Assembly: GCA_951406725.2 (NCBI GenBank)
Contig: OX597830.1
Coordinates: forward strand, 27,714,001 to 27,778,000
Length of the DNA: 64,000 nt
From: Octopus vulgaris
Taxonomy: Eukaryota
Direction of reading: 5' to 3'
Shown here: positions 1 through 13,708 of the stretch, one piece after another
How positions within the stretch are numbered: position 1 is the stretch's first letter
Layout: each line of letters opens with the position of its first letter
The notes under the pieces: model-generated
Told to the model about the DNA's origin: nothing
Databases searched by the model: none
Seen by the model: only the letters and a program-made list of their open reading frames with translations
Made by a program: the position numbers and the translations under genes

Positions 1-120
1 ACAATAAAATTCGCTCCAACTATCTACACAATGGTACATGTTCTGTTACCAAGAACAGTAAATCGTTTATTACGTTACACAGTGTGACTTATCGTTTGTT
101 TACTTATCTATTTCTTTTTA

Positions 121-790
121 TAGTTTGGTTAAGAATCTCCTTTTGTAACCTCATGATATTGGGTTCAATCCAACCAACTGCACGGCATCTTGGGGGAAAT
201 GTATTCTGCTGCATCCCCAGTTCAGCCAATGTCTTATGAAGGATTTTGGTAGACAGACACTTTGTTGAAGCCCGCCGTGTGGCAACTTTTTTTCCGTCTT
301 ATAAGGGTAAATTCCCAGTCTTCATATGTAACCTTTACAGCTTTAATGCATTCGAAATTTTCTTTCTTGTCTGCAAAATACACACACACACACACACGCA
401 CATGCGAACACACATTCACATTCACATAAACACATACATACATACATATATACATACATACATACATAAATACATACATACATACATACATACATACATA
501 CGTACATACGTACACACGTACATACGTACGTACATACATACATACATATATACATACATACATACATACATACATACATACATACATACATACATACATA
601 CATACATGTGTGTGTGTCTGTGTGTGCTTCTGTGTTTGTCTCCATGAATTAGCTGTTCGGCGATAGATATCGATAGAATAATACCAGACTTTAAAAAAAA
701 GATACGTTTTGGCGTCCCTATGTTCGAATAGTGCCCCTAGAATGGTTTTAGTCTAATGCCTGAAACAAACCACATAAGATCAAAATAGGT
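121..790 (+). mobile_element. Degenerate SINE family A copy with expanded internal microsatellite
   Basis: 5' half (gggttcaatcc...ggattttggtagacag...gaagcccgccgt) and 3' half (ctgtgtttgt...ttagctgttcggc...gatagaataa...tgaaacaa) match the intact copy at 2243-2671; separated by (CA)n/(TACA)n. Confidence 0.6.
380..606. repeat. (CA)n/(TACA)n compound microsatellite
   Basis: Direct reading. Confidence 0.95.
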
Positions 791-1435
791 GAATTTTGAG
801 GAAAATTCAGCAACCATATCTAAGCGATCTGCTAACCACGTACATACAGCTTGCTTCATTGACTGTTTGACGAATTCTTACGATGACAGAACACAGCAAA
901 GAGGACATTGAATGAATTAAATTATTGCCATTCCGTCCCAAATCCTAAATTGTCTTGCAACGAACACACACGCAGCATAAACACGAGTGTTTTCGAGCCA
1001 CTGATTCCAACAACATTCAATGTTTTAATGGGATGAACTGGTCAGAGCTAACGTCCAGTTCCCCTTTTCCTGAAGAAATCTCATTTTTTTTCCTTTTCCC
1101 ATAGGGAAGCTTGTTCTTAGCACAATGAGCTTACAAAACACTCATCAATCACTATTATAGCGCTGCTTGGATCCAATTCACTTCATTTACGTTGCTAATG
1201 CTTTTAGGAAAGGCATAAATTTCACAAATATCTATTTCCTCTCCCACGAAATATAGGGTCAATGTGACTAAGCCAAATAATATATGTATATGTATATATT
1301 ATGTGTATATATAGGTATATTACAGTATATGTATGTATATATATTTATATACGTATGCATAATACTGTATATATATATTTACTTAAACATACTAATAGGT
1401 ATATATATATACTATACATACTATTGTATATATAT

Positions 1436-1467
<32 letters not shown>

Positions 1468-2093
1468 CTATATTAGTATGTAGAATATATATATATGGGA
1501 TATATGTACACATATATATATATATATGACAACATACACATGCATATATGTACATATATATGTAAATATGTATATCTGCATTTATAATATATAATATGTC
1601 AATATACACATACAAATTTGTATCCGTGTGTGTGTGCGTGCGTGTGCGTGCGTGTGTCTGCGTATGAGCGTATCACAACGGTGTCGTTGATTTCAATGGT
1701 AATCTACAGTGATATATCACACCGTATTACTTATGCACAGTGTTGCAGACTTATATTTAAGTGTGATATCTGTTTTATACTTACAATGACGCTGACAACA
1801 CATCAAATTATAACCTCCACCCCAACACGTACATGCAGTCTAAAAGAAATCGGTAAAAAACGTAAAAACAACAAGTAACAATTCCAACAAGACAACCGCT
1901 GGAATAAGTAAGCTTTCTAGAAATGGCAACTAAATCAGCGTCCAATGCCATCTCACCTTTCATAGAAATACACGATAGATACATATTGTAGTGTTAGATA
2001 TACAACGACGAAAAAAATAAAAATGGAAACAAAACCAAAAGCAGAATCATCGCAGCAGAAAATCATTTTCGTACGTATGTTAGACACACAACT

Positions 2094-2138
<45 letters not shown>

Positions 2139-2175
2139 CGAAAATCATTTTCGTACGTATGTTAGATACACAACT

Positions 2176-2242
<67 letters not shown>

Positions 2243-2671
2243 GGCGCAGGAGTGGCTGTGTGGTAAGTAGCTTGCTAACCAACCACATGGTTCCGGGTTC
2301 AATCCCACTGCGTGGCATGTTGGGCAACTGTCTTCTGCTATAGCCCCGGGCCGACCAATGCCTTGTGAGTGGATTTGGTAGACGGAAACTGAAAGAAGCC
2401 TGTCGTATATATGTATATATATATATATGTATGTGTGTGTGTTTGTGTGTCTGTGTTTGTTCCCCTAGCATTGCTTGACAACCGATGCTGGTGTGTTTAC
2501 GTCCCCGTCACCTAGCGGTTCGGCAAAAAGAGACCGATAGAATAAGTACTGGGCTTATAAAAAGAATAAGTCTCGGGGTCGAGTTGCTCGACTAAAGGCG
2601 GTGCTCCAGCATGGCCGCAGTCAAATGACTGAAACAATTAAAAGAGTAAAAGAGTGAAGAGAGTAAAGAGT
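2243..2671 (+). mobile_element. Full-length tRNA-derived SINE, family A (resembles octopus tRNA SINEs)
   Basis: Pol III A box (gtggctgtgtgg) and B box (ggttcaatccc), internal (TA)n(TG)n tract, (AAAAGAGT)n tail; more than 10 homologous copies in the window. Confidence 0.92.
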
Positions 2672-2705
2672 ATATATATATATATACATATATATATACA
2701 TATAT

Positions 2706-2775
<70 letters not shown>

Positions 2776-2780
2776 TATAT

Positions 2781-2996
2781 GCAGAATCGCCATGTTGAAT
2801 CGCTAGCTTCTGCACGCATTTTTTTCTCTCCATGTTTCTCTCCGTGTTTCTTTACTGTGTATCTTTCTGTTGAAGAGCGTAGGCTCGAAACGTAAAAGAC
2901 TTGTTTTATTTATACTCCTGAGCGCCATACTAATACAATTGTTTGTTTGTACTCCACCTGCTTTCGTCTTTTGTTTATTTTCATAAAGCTTCCCGT

Positions 2997-2997
<1 letters not shown>
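2781..2997 (+). mobile_element. Penelope-like terminal fragment carrying a hammerhead motif
   Basis: Non-coding insert between (TA)n tracts; HHR-like motif; shares cctgagcg..taatac segment with 38646-38845 and 59064-59156. Confidence 0.55.
2862..2899 (+). ncRNA. Minimal type I hammerhead-like motif (variant core CUGUUGA)
   Basis: tcttt-CTGTTGA-a-gagc(gtag)gctc-GAAA-cg-TA-aaaga; stems I and II pair; A6 is replaced by U. Confidence 0.45.
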
Positions 2998-3030
<33 letters not shown>

Positions 3031-3079
3031 GTGTGTGTGTGTGTGTTTATGCATATATATGTATATATATATGCATATA

Positions 3080-3141
<62 letters not shown>

Positions 3142-4018
3142 TTAATAATAAAAATAATAATTATATGTATATCCATATATTGATAAATTGACAGATAGAC
3201 AAATAGGCAGATATACGCTGTATATACTACATATATCATATATAATTATTTGCTTGTATTTATATATGTGCATACATGTGTACGTATTTGTTTATATATG
3301 TATATACATATGTATATATGAATATGTATACATGCATATGTGTGCGCGTGTGTGTGTGCTCGTGCATGTGTATGTGAGTCTGTGCATGATTATGTATATT
3401 TCAGTATAAGTATTTTCTTAGTGAGAAAAAAGATCTTCTTCCGTCTTATTGAAATCAGAGTCAACACGTCCACTCCATTAAGATATGCAGGTAAAGGAAA
3501 AACTATTATCCCAAAGTATCGATTTTCTGAAGGAAAGACAAATTAAAAATATTTAAGCTGATTGCTTACTTGTTCAAAAAGAACATTTTATTTAATTTCG
3601 AGACATATGGTTATATGTAAACCGTTTGGGAGCCCTCTGCCCTGACTTACTAAACGGTTGATATGATAAGTAAAAATCTGAGGTACTGTCAACTTGTAGG
3701 TACAAAATGTAATACGTATTAAGATAGATGAATTATATTCGACAGCCTCATCAATAGTAATGCTTCAGGAAGCAACAAACTGTAGGCTTGTACAGTGCCA
3801 TAATATCATAGAATCATTCGTACATATACGCGATTACGGCTTGAATACATGTGCATGCAAACACGTGGAAACACGTCAGTAAATTAGCATTTTTATACAC
3901 GCATCACTTTATCAAATATTTTATTCACATTTTTTTTAATTCACACTTTATTATAAATATACGTAGAAAATTAGCTAGATATTATATATATATATATATA
4001 TATACATATATACATATA

Positions 4019-4080
<62 letters not shown>

Positions 4081-4115
4081 CATATATATGCATAAATCTC
4101 TCTCTCTCTATCAAT

Positions 4116-4174
<59 letters not shown>

Positions 4175-4264
4175 GAGGCGCATTTATTTTTATTACATAC
4201 ATACATATATATATATATATACACATATATATATACATGTATACATATATATATGTATACATAC

Positions 4265-4320
<56 letters not shown>

Positions 4321-4368
4321 CATACATACATATATATATTCATACATACATACATATATACACACACA

Positions 4369-4477
<109 letters not shown>

Positions 4478-4658
4478 CTCAGAATTAAATGCATTGATTT
4501 ACGTACTCTCCACCAACGAAGAGCAAATTTTTTTCAGTTTTGACTCAGAAATATTACCATACATGTATATCATTATGTATCACTTAAAATATATAAAGAA
4601 AAAAAAAAGAAACATTATTAAATGCTTCCGCCATTATTAAACTTACTCCATTTCTTAC

Positions 4659-4716
4659 CCAATCATTGACCGGATTTGCATATTTCAAAATATCTGCAAT
4701 GTGAATACCAGTTACA
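4659..4716 (-). CDS. Candidate internal exon of an unidentified host gene (VTGIHIADILKYANPVNDW)
   Basis: Minus strand gtgcttttcag|58 nt|gtaaga; only one open frame; non-repetitive context; no homology recognised. Confidence 0.25.
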
Positions 4717-4955
4717 CTGAAAAGCACAAACACCAACCTCTCACGAGCAGCGAGGTAGAAAGCTTCTACCTTGCATAAATATATTATCAAGAATATCTTT
4801 AGAACCTAGTTTTCGCAAATGCAAATGTCTGTGCTTGAGTGTGTGTGTGTGTGTGTGTAAATATATAGTACTATATATAATATATTATATAGCTATATAA
4901 TATTGACTAGTTATATATATATTTATTATTGTCATCATCATTATTATTAGTGTTA

Positions 4956-4999
4956 TTCTTCTTCTTCTTCTTCTTCTTCTTCTTCTTCTTCTTCTTCTT

Positions 5000-5030
<31 letters not shown>

Positions 5031-5084
5031 TTATTATTATTATTCTTATTCTTGTTCTTCTTCTTGTTCTTCTTGTTCTTCTTC

Positions 5085-5116
<32 letters not shown>

Positions 5117-5200
5117 CTTCTTCTTCTTCTTCTTCTTGTTATTATTATTATTATTATTATCATCATCATCATCATTTTTATTAGTGTTATTATTATTATT
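4956..5200. repeat. (TTC)n/(TTA)n microsatellite
   Basis: Direct reading. Confidence 0.95.
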
Positions 5201-5944
5201 ATTATATAATTTATTACATATATTTGTATAATTTCGTTCCCGTGTGTGTGTATGCGCGAGTGTGTTTGTGCATGTGTTTTCGTGTGTGTTCACACACACA
5301 CACATACACACATAATCACACAAATATTTGATAGAAAATAAAGCGTTCGCTATTTCTTATGTGAATGTGTGACAAATCCATTTATTTTTTAAAGCAATTT
5401 TGTTACTGACGAGGTCATAACCAGCTGTCATTCATAAAGTATTATCTGTAGTTTGGAGAAGCTGGCTCAGTATATTTTACAAGCTTTTACCTATTCAACG
5501 TGTTCCTTCGCTTATTTTAGCGAATGTGTAGCTTTCTATATGTAAGTGGATTGTTGTAGAATTGTCGTCTATATGTTCTTTATTAAAACTTATAAAAATA
5601 TATATAGCATGTACGTGGTTAATACAGTGAAAGATGTGACACAGGTGTTTGGGCGTGTATGTAATATCCGAATGTGTAATATTGCGTATAACTGCGTTTT
5701 TTATACGTATCACACGGATGTGTATGCATATATATATATACATATGTATATATGCATGTACATGTGAGCATGTGTGTATGTATTTACACATACAGACACA
5801 CACACACTTATATATTCTTTTCGTCTTTTCTTATGCATTCCAACCCAAAGACTGTAGCGATGCTGGGGCACTGACAGTGTTGCCACCTTTACAATGGCCA
5901 TTCTTTTGTTATTGGTTTTTGGCGAAGGAAAGATTTCGATATTG

Positions 5945-7440
5945 CTGCCCTCTTTGAGCTTCTTCTCAAGATGAAGGTTCATCTGGGACGCTGGAGTGCA
6001 GGAGGTGTAGTTGTTTCTACCACAACTCCATGTGTATATCTCAGATGTTTTGGCTGAATATTAAATAGCTGTGGGACTTTGAATCTCAAGCTATTGCAGT
6101 ACTCTAGATGGGGTGGACGGACATTTGAAGCTGTGCAGTGACATACAGTATGGGGGCCGGTATAGATCTCGATGCCGAAATTTGGTGCCAACCCCTCCAG
6201 GATCTTCCGTACGTATATCTTTGCATACCTCTATCGTTATTGCTCAGGGGAGTAGTGTCGTAACTCTTTCAGTGTCTCCCAGTAGCCCAGCTGTTCCATT
6301 AATGCAATGTTCCAGGGTTTGCGTCGCTGCACTGCCTCAAGTTCCGCTATTAATTTTTCACTTGGGTAACCACAGTTGAAAGCAGTAATCCAGACGGCCG
6401 AGGACAAATATCTTCTATAAACGTAGCATAGTTTCCTGGTCCCTTGTTTTGAAAGATCTCAAAATCCACTCTGCTAATCGCCTGCGCAATGCCAACATCT
6501 TGATGATACGCACGTGAAACGAGGCGATGCTACTCATATCAATCCCCAGACCACGCATTTTACTTGACTCTGGGATGTCCAAAACATGTTTGTTGTTGCA
6601 TGTTAGCACAAGCTGGAGGATAGTGGAGGGCATGAAAATTTCCCGTATTTAATTACGTGTTGTTTTTTCAGCCCATTTATATACAGTATCAAAAAATTTC
6701 TTCCGAAGATTAGTATCGAAAGGTTTATTGACTGCTTGTACTACTTTTGTGTCGTCGGCAGAAATATTGAGTATGGCTGTCTGTGTAACTGATGGCATGT
6801 TCGAAAGAACTACCATAATCTGCAGCGACCCGAAGTCAATTCCTTGAGGCACTCCACTCGCTATTATTGTCTCTTTGGAGAGTGCCCCATTGGCTGCCAC
6901 AACCTGGCTTTTGTCTTTTAAAAAGTCTTTTTAAGAAGTTTTCTGACTATGCTGAGTCTCCGTAGCTTGTGAAATATCAATTCCATGACCAACCTTATCG
7001 AAGGTCTTTGCAAAATCGAGATATGTCACATTCATGTTTGAGCGATTCATTAGTTGCTTAAAACACCCAATCATAATGTTGCAGAAGCTGTGTAAAGCAT
7101 CTTCCAGGGCAGAAGCCATACTGGATGTCAGGGAGCAAGTGATTATCATCTGGGAAGTTGATCAGTTTCTTCCGGACAATGCGTTCTATGACTTTGCGGA
7201 TATTTGTCAGGTTAAAGTGGGACAGGCATATAATTTTTAGCAGTGGCTCTCCTATATCGATTGTACATATTATGCTTTCCTTTAAATTTCTTGGAGGTTT
7301 CTCATTTGCAAGGACACTTTGGAAGAGGATCTGCTGTGGGCTCAATAAAGCCTCTTGCATTTCTTTAGGAAGATTGAGGGAATCTGTCAGGGTCTGAATA
7401 TTTGGTAAAGTTCCGGCCAGAAGTAGCCCAGGCTATGGCT
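5945..7440 (-). pseudogene. Decayed LINE ORF2 reverse transcriptase (CR1/L2 group)
   Basis: Motifs across shifting frames: LTNIRKVIERIVR..QYGFCPGR, YLDFAKTFDKVGHG, SGVPQG, ISADDTKV, WILRSFKTRDQE; many stops and frameshifts. Confidence 0.85.
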
Positions 7441-7874
7441 AACTTAACAGCACCTCCCAGTCAAGTAAAGAGTTATTGCCTGCAGTGGTATATCCAGGTG
7501 TAGGTGGTTTAACTGGAATTGTTAGATGTTTGTCCAGAAACCGTTCGAATAATATAAGATCTCTTTCTTCTTTTGTGTCTTCCTTTGATGTTAAAGAAAG
7601 CAGGGCCAACTGAGATGAAATAGTTCTGCTTCAGTGTTGTGATGTGATGTGGTCAGGATTTTTGTTGAGGACGGATGGCACGGGGACTAAGCCTTGGGTT
7701 AATTTTTAAGCTGATGCCAGCATCACTTGAGCAATGCTGTTGAAATATTTTCCACACCATACAAATGATATAGCGCTCGCGGTGGTGTTGAAAGGAATAA
7801 AGTTCGAATTTCTCGAGATGATCAAATCACATCCTGTATTTTTCTTGTGATAGATCTCGGCGGAGCTTCAACTA

Positions 7875-8158
7875 TTATATTTGGTTTCGTGCAGGAAGAC
7901 ACCAGCGGTCAACACGCAAAAGTATAATGGTAGGAGCACCTCTAGAGCGAAATGTCCTGAATATCCAGGTACAGGCCCTGCAGGCCACGTCGTTTCTGTT
8001 GCTTGTGTGGTCACTACAGCTTAATTTGTCACTGGTTACTCCGAGAGCCCTAGCGATGTTTGATGCCCGAAGGTTTTCAACCGAGGGAAGAGCGTATGGT
8101 AGCTTAAGTGCAGGTCCTTTACTGAAGTGGATTAATTCAAATCTGTTCTCGTTTAGCT
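7875..8158 (-). pseudogene. Second LINE ORF2 fragment (post-RT region, CR1/L2 group)
   Basis: LNENRFELIHF...ALGVTSDKLSCSDH...CTWIFRTFRSR, paralogous to the post-RT segment near 6430-6560. Confidence 0.7.
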
Positions 8159-8336
8159 CACACACACACACACACACACACACGTATGTATGTATGTACG
8201 TAGGCATGCATGCATGCATGTGTGTATGTATGTATGTATGAATGTATATATATATGTCTCTGTGTGAATATGTATACATATTTATATAGTATATATATAT
8301 ATATAATATATATAATATTATATATATATATAAATC

Positions 8337-8367
<31 letters not shown>

Positions 8368-8370
8368 TCT

Positions 8371-8717
8371 TCCATTCTTTTACAACAATCGTTAGACTGT
8401 AGCCATGATGCACCGTTTTGAAGAATTTTTTGTTTTGCATGAATCGACCCCAGTGATTCTTGTTTATTGAGCTCTGTACTTACACTATCGGTTTCTTTTG
8501 CGGAACCGCTAACTTAGAGGAACGTAAACACAAAAACACCGGGATAAGCATAGTCATACTGACATACACACATACATAAGTCTATAGTATATACGACGGG
8601 TTTCTTTCAGTTGTTGTCTACCAAATCCACTCAAAACGCCTTGGTCGGCCCGAAGCTATAGTAGAAGACACTTGCTCAAAGTGTCACGCAGAACCATGGG
8701 GTTGGGAAGCAAAGCAC
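8371..8717 (-). mobile_element. SINE family A, diverged
   Basis: Reverse-complement match to 2243-2671. Confidence 0.75.
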
Positions 8718-9187
8718 GGAAATCGTGTGTCTTATATCCATTCTCAATGTGCTACGTCAGTTTCTAAAACAAATATACTAATCGTTGTTGTGATCGTCAC
8801 AGAACTGCATTTCCTTTACTCGAACTATATGTGCATAACATTCGATTCCTTACCAAGAGATATTGTGGGATACCGGTGCTTCGATATGTTGTGTCGTCGG
8901 CAAGAATTATGCGTACCAGTGAATGCACACAATACCTTTCGGTCCGTTTCATAATTTCAAAGAACAAAATGTTCGCTGTTCACTCTGATATCTGCTAACC
9001 GCAAATGAGTCGTTATATTTGTCATTTGGTTAAGTATTTAATCAATTAACTAATCCATGCTTTATTAATCGTTCTGTTAATCAATCAGTCAGTTAGGCTT
9101 GATAAAGTTTTTAACCGTGACCTCATCATCGAAATATCCTTTCTATTTCAGGCCGGCTTCACGAACGATAACGTTGATTACTGTTGT

Positions 9188-9389
9188 TTTTACTTGTTTC
9201 AGTCATTTGACTGCGGCCATGCTGGAGTACCGCATTTAGTCGAGTAAAGTGACCCCAGGACTTTATTCTTTGGATGCCTAGTACTTATTCTATCGGTCTC
9301 TTTTGCTGAACCGCTTAGTTACGGAGACGTAAACACACCACCATCGGTTGTCAAGTGATGTTGGGAGGAGGACAAACAGATACACAAAC

Positions 9390-9432
<43 letters not shown>

Positions 9433-9595
9433 CGACAGGCTTCTTTCAGTTTCATTCTACCAAATCCACTTACAAGGCTTTGGTCGGCCCGAGGCTATAG
9501 TAGAAGACACTTGCCCAAGGTGACACGCAGTGGGACTGAACCCAGAACCATGTGGTTGGAAAGTAAGCTATTTACCACACAGCCACTTCTGCGCC
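9188..9595 (-). mobile_element. SINE family A, near full length
   Basis: Reverse-complement match including tRNA head. Confidence 0.9.
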
Positions 9596-9959
9596 TATAG
9601 TATTTCTATTGTTGTTTTTTCTTGCGTTAGTATCTGTTACTACAGTTTTTGTTGTTGCAGAGTTGGTCATTCTTTACTCTCATGGCAGCTCTGATCGAAC
9701 AGGACTATGATAAAATTCGTTCCAGATCTTCCTCAATCAACTCATTGGATAAATACATCTAATCCTACGTTAGCCAAAGTGTCTCTTACCTGTAAAAGCT
9801 GATAGAGTGTTTGACTTGAGGAAGATTTATTTTAGTTTTGTGTGGGCCTTAGCAGAAATACATTGAATAGTAATCGCAGCAGCAACAGAAGCAGCAGTAG
9901 TTGTAGCAGCAGTCGTAGAAGCAGCAGCAACAGTTGTAGAAGAAAGAAGAGAGATGGAA

Positions 9960-10078
9960 ACGACAAGATGACGATGATGATGAGAAAGATTAAAATGACG
10001 GTGATGATGATGATGACGATGACGATGATGATGATGATGACGACGACAACGACGACGACGACGACGATGATGATGATA

Positions 10079-10140
<62 letters not shown>

Positions 10141-10173
10141 AACGATGATGATGATGACGATGATGATGATGAA

Positions 10174-10209
<36 letters not shown>

Positions 10210-10620
10210 AACGATGATGATGATGACGATGATGATGATGAAGATGATGATGATGATGATGATGAAAGTTATGATAAGGCTATTCAGTATGATGGTGAAC
10301 GATGGGAGAAGGAGGAGGTAGAAAAGAAGAAGGCAGATAAGTAGGCAGAGAAGAAGGAAGAGATGGCAGAAAGGATGAAAAAGATGAAAAGAGGAAAATT
10401 CGAGAGGGAGTGATAGAGAAAAAAGAGAAAATGAAAGCAATATGAAAAGAACGGGAAAGTAGAAGGAAGAAAATAATAAGAAGACGAGGAAGTGAGAAGA
10501 AGAAGAAGAAGAAGAAGAAGAAGAAGAAGAAGAAGAAGAAGAAGAAGAAGAAGAGGGGGAGAGGAGAAGAGGAGAAGAAGAAGAAGAAGAATGAGGAGGA
10601 GGAGGAGGAGGATAAAGAGG
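9960..10620. repeat. (GAT)n then (GAA)n/(GAG)n microsatellite block
   Basis: Direct reading. Confidence 0.95.
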
Positions 10621-11422
10621 AAGTAGTAAGGGTAGAAGAATGAAATGAAGAATAATGAAGAGAAGAAATGTAAAAGAGAGTAGACGGAAAACTTAAATAT
10701 ATATAAAAAGAAAATAGAAGACGAAAATGGAATGGTCAGAAAAAAATGATAAAATGAAAAATGGCGGAGAGATGGAAGAAAAACGAAGAAGAGGTTGGAG
10801 GAAGAAATGTAAGGATAAAAGGGAGAAAACGATGGTATTGGCGATGGTAGAGGCGATGGTGGTGGTAGTGACATGGGATGGGTTTTACTTTAGGTAAGGT
10901 GACTACAGTAGAGTGTGTTCTATTTCTGGTGAGATGCTGAATTCACTCACTTCTGACCGAAACTGAATCAATCAAACTTCGAAAGATGGAGGGAAAACAA
11001 AGAAGAAAGAAAAAAAAAAGTAAAAAAAAAAGAAGAACAAAGCAAAAAGAACAAAACAAAGATTGAAGCGAAAGCAAAATGGCCATGAATCAGGGAAAAA
11101 CCTTCGACCTTTGTTACTCTCACTCACTAACAAAGGTGAGGCTTGATAGTTTGTGAGTGTTTGTGTGTGTGTGTGACTGTATGCGTGTGTGTGTGTGTGT
11201 GCACGTGCAGGTGTGTATGTGTTTGTGTATGTGTTTATATATGTATTTGTGTGTGTTTACCAGAGAGAACCATTGCTGGAAAGATAGATAGATCGCTGGA
11301 GAGATAGATAAGGAGACAGATAGATATATAAATAGACAAAGATATATATACATACATACATATATATAGGTATATATAGGTATATATATATACATATATA
11401 TATACACACACACATACATACA

Positions 11423-11464
<42 letters not shown>

Positions 11465-11504
11465 GAAAGATAGAGATGGACAGATAGCTTGATAGATCAC
11501 TTGT

Positions 11505-11506
<2 letters not shown>

Positions 11507-11595
<89 letters not shown>

Positions 11596-11604
11596 GTAGG
11601 TAGG

Positions 11605-11680
<76 letters not shown>
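11507..11680. repeat. (GATA)n microsatellite
   Basis: Direct reading. Confidence 0.95.
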
Positions 11681-11774
11681 TAAGATATAGATTACAAGAG
11701 ATTGAGCGTATGAATGCATGAGGGTATGCGTATGTGTGACAGAGGGAGAGAGAGAGAAAGAGCGAGAGACAAAT

Positions 11775-11805
<31 letters not shown>

Positions 11806-12026
11806 TACAGGGAGATAATCGGACAGCTAAATAAAGTATCAAGATTTTGTGGGAGTGGATATATGAAATCAGAGGTGGTTTGTTGTAAAAAAAGAAGGAA
11901 AAGAAAGAATGCATGACGGAGCGATGGTAGCGGTCAAAGTTGGAGAGGGGTAAGTGGACGCGGATCAGATGCTGCTGCTGTGCAGGTATGGCAAAAGTGG
12001 TTGATAGGGGGTAAGTGGGTGGTCCG

Positions 12027-12061
<35 letters not shown>

Positions 12062-12245
12062 GTGTTGATGTTGGTGGTGGTGGTGGTAGTGGATTTCGTG
12101 GTCATAATATTCATGTGGATAATTGTGATGACGATGGCGATGATGATAATAATAGCGACGATGGCGACAATGTCCAATACGCCCCCGGCGGTAACGATGA
12201 TGATGAAGATGACGTCAACGACGACGACGACGATGATGATGATGG

Positions 12246-12286
<41 letters not shown>

Positions 12287-12290
12287 GTGG

Positions 12291-12348
<58 letters not shown>

Positions 12349-12440
12349 GATGATGATGGTGGTGGTGGTGGTGACAGTATTGTTGTTGTTGCTGCTGCTG
12401 ATGTCAATGATGGCGATTATGTTGATAATGATGATGAGGA
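12027..12440. repeat. Degenerate (GAT)n microsatellite
   Basis: Direct reading. Confidence 0.95.
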
Positions 12441-12824
12441 AAGAGGAGAAAGAGATTGAGAAGTAGGATACTACGGTCGTCATAATAATGGAAATGACGA
12501 TGACGACGAAAACAGATGGTTGTTCATGACGATGACGCTGACAATAATGAACTTGAAGAAAGGTGAAATGCAAAACGGCATCAGCATCAGCATCAACAAA
12601 CAAACCACGCGAACAACAAAGGTGAGACCACGGCCATGTTTGAACAAGAGAGTGCTAGAGAAGTTACGATCAGATTAAAACAGGAAATAAAGAAAGAGAT
12701 ACGAAAGGAAAACACCACCACTACAAACAGCAACACCGCCGCCAATCCCATCAACCCCACCATAATCACAACACGGAAAACGATACCATCCCTACCACCG
12801 CTGCAACAGGATTATTTCTTTCTA

Positions 12825-13005
12825 ATTTTGGCACGAGGCCAGCAATTTTAAGGCGATCGATAAAATAAAGTACCAGTCCTTTATCTTATCGATCTCGAAA
12901 GGGCGAAAGACAAATTTGACCTGGGTGAGATTTGATGTCCGAAATTTAAGAGCCGATAGATATTCCGTTAAGTATTTCATCCCACACTAATCATTCTGTC
13001 ACCAC
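12825..13005 (-). mobile_element. SINE family B, highly diverged monomer
   Basis: ggcacgaggcc...atcgatctcgaaagggcgaaagacaaatttgacct...ctaatcattctgtc matches 17500-17700 and 23664-23872. Confidence 0.6.
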
Positions 13006-13015
13006 ATAACCAAGC

Positions 13016-13285
<270 letters not shown>

Positions 13286-13708
13286 TTATATTTATTTGTC
13301 ACAAGGGTGAAGGGTGAGGGGGATAATACAAAGACAGACATAAAGTGTGGAGCTTACATATAATGAAATGATAAATAACAAGCAAACAAGAAAAAAATAA
13401 AGCAAGTATGCATAGTATACGTTGAAAAAGAAGGGACATATGCATAGCATACAAAGGTTGTGTGGGGCGCAGCGGAGCGAGAGACCACCAAAACTCCTTC
13501 TAACACCAAATGTGAACAGAAAGCAAGGATCATGACAGCATTCAACAGTTTAAACAAGGTGATCTTTGATAAAGTTGCAGAAGTCGTGTGGAGGACGAGC
13601 TTGAAGCCAATGACGATTTTATTAAATCAATTTGCTCTTTAGTATTTCAAGATATTTTTATGTAATTTTGGTAAATATATCTGTTAAAATGAGATGACTG
13701 TTATTTTA

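Noticed and set aside
9783-9800. Minus-strand ttttacag|gtaaga, like a recursive splice site
   Set aside because: Short pyrimidine tract inside what looks like a decayed dispersed repeat; expected by chance
11980-12459. Asp/Gly-rich ORF resembling an acidic biomineralisation protein
   Set aside because: All frames are open because of (GAT)n; no signal peptide or splice context; similar arrays recur in the window
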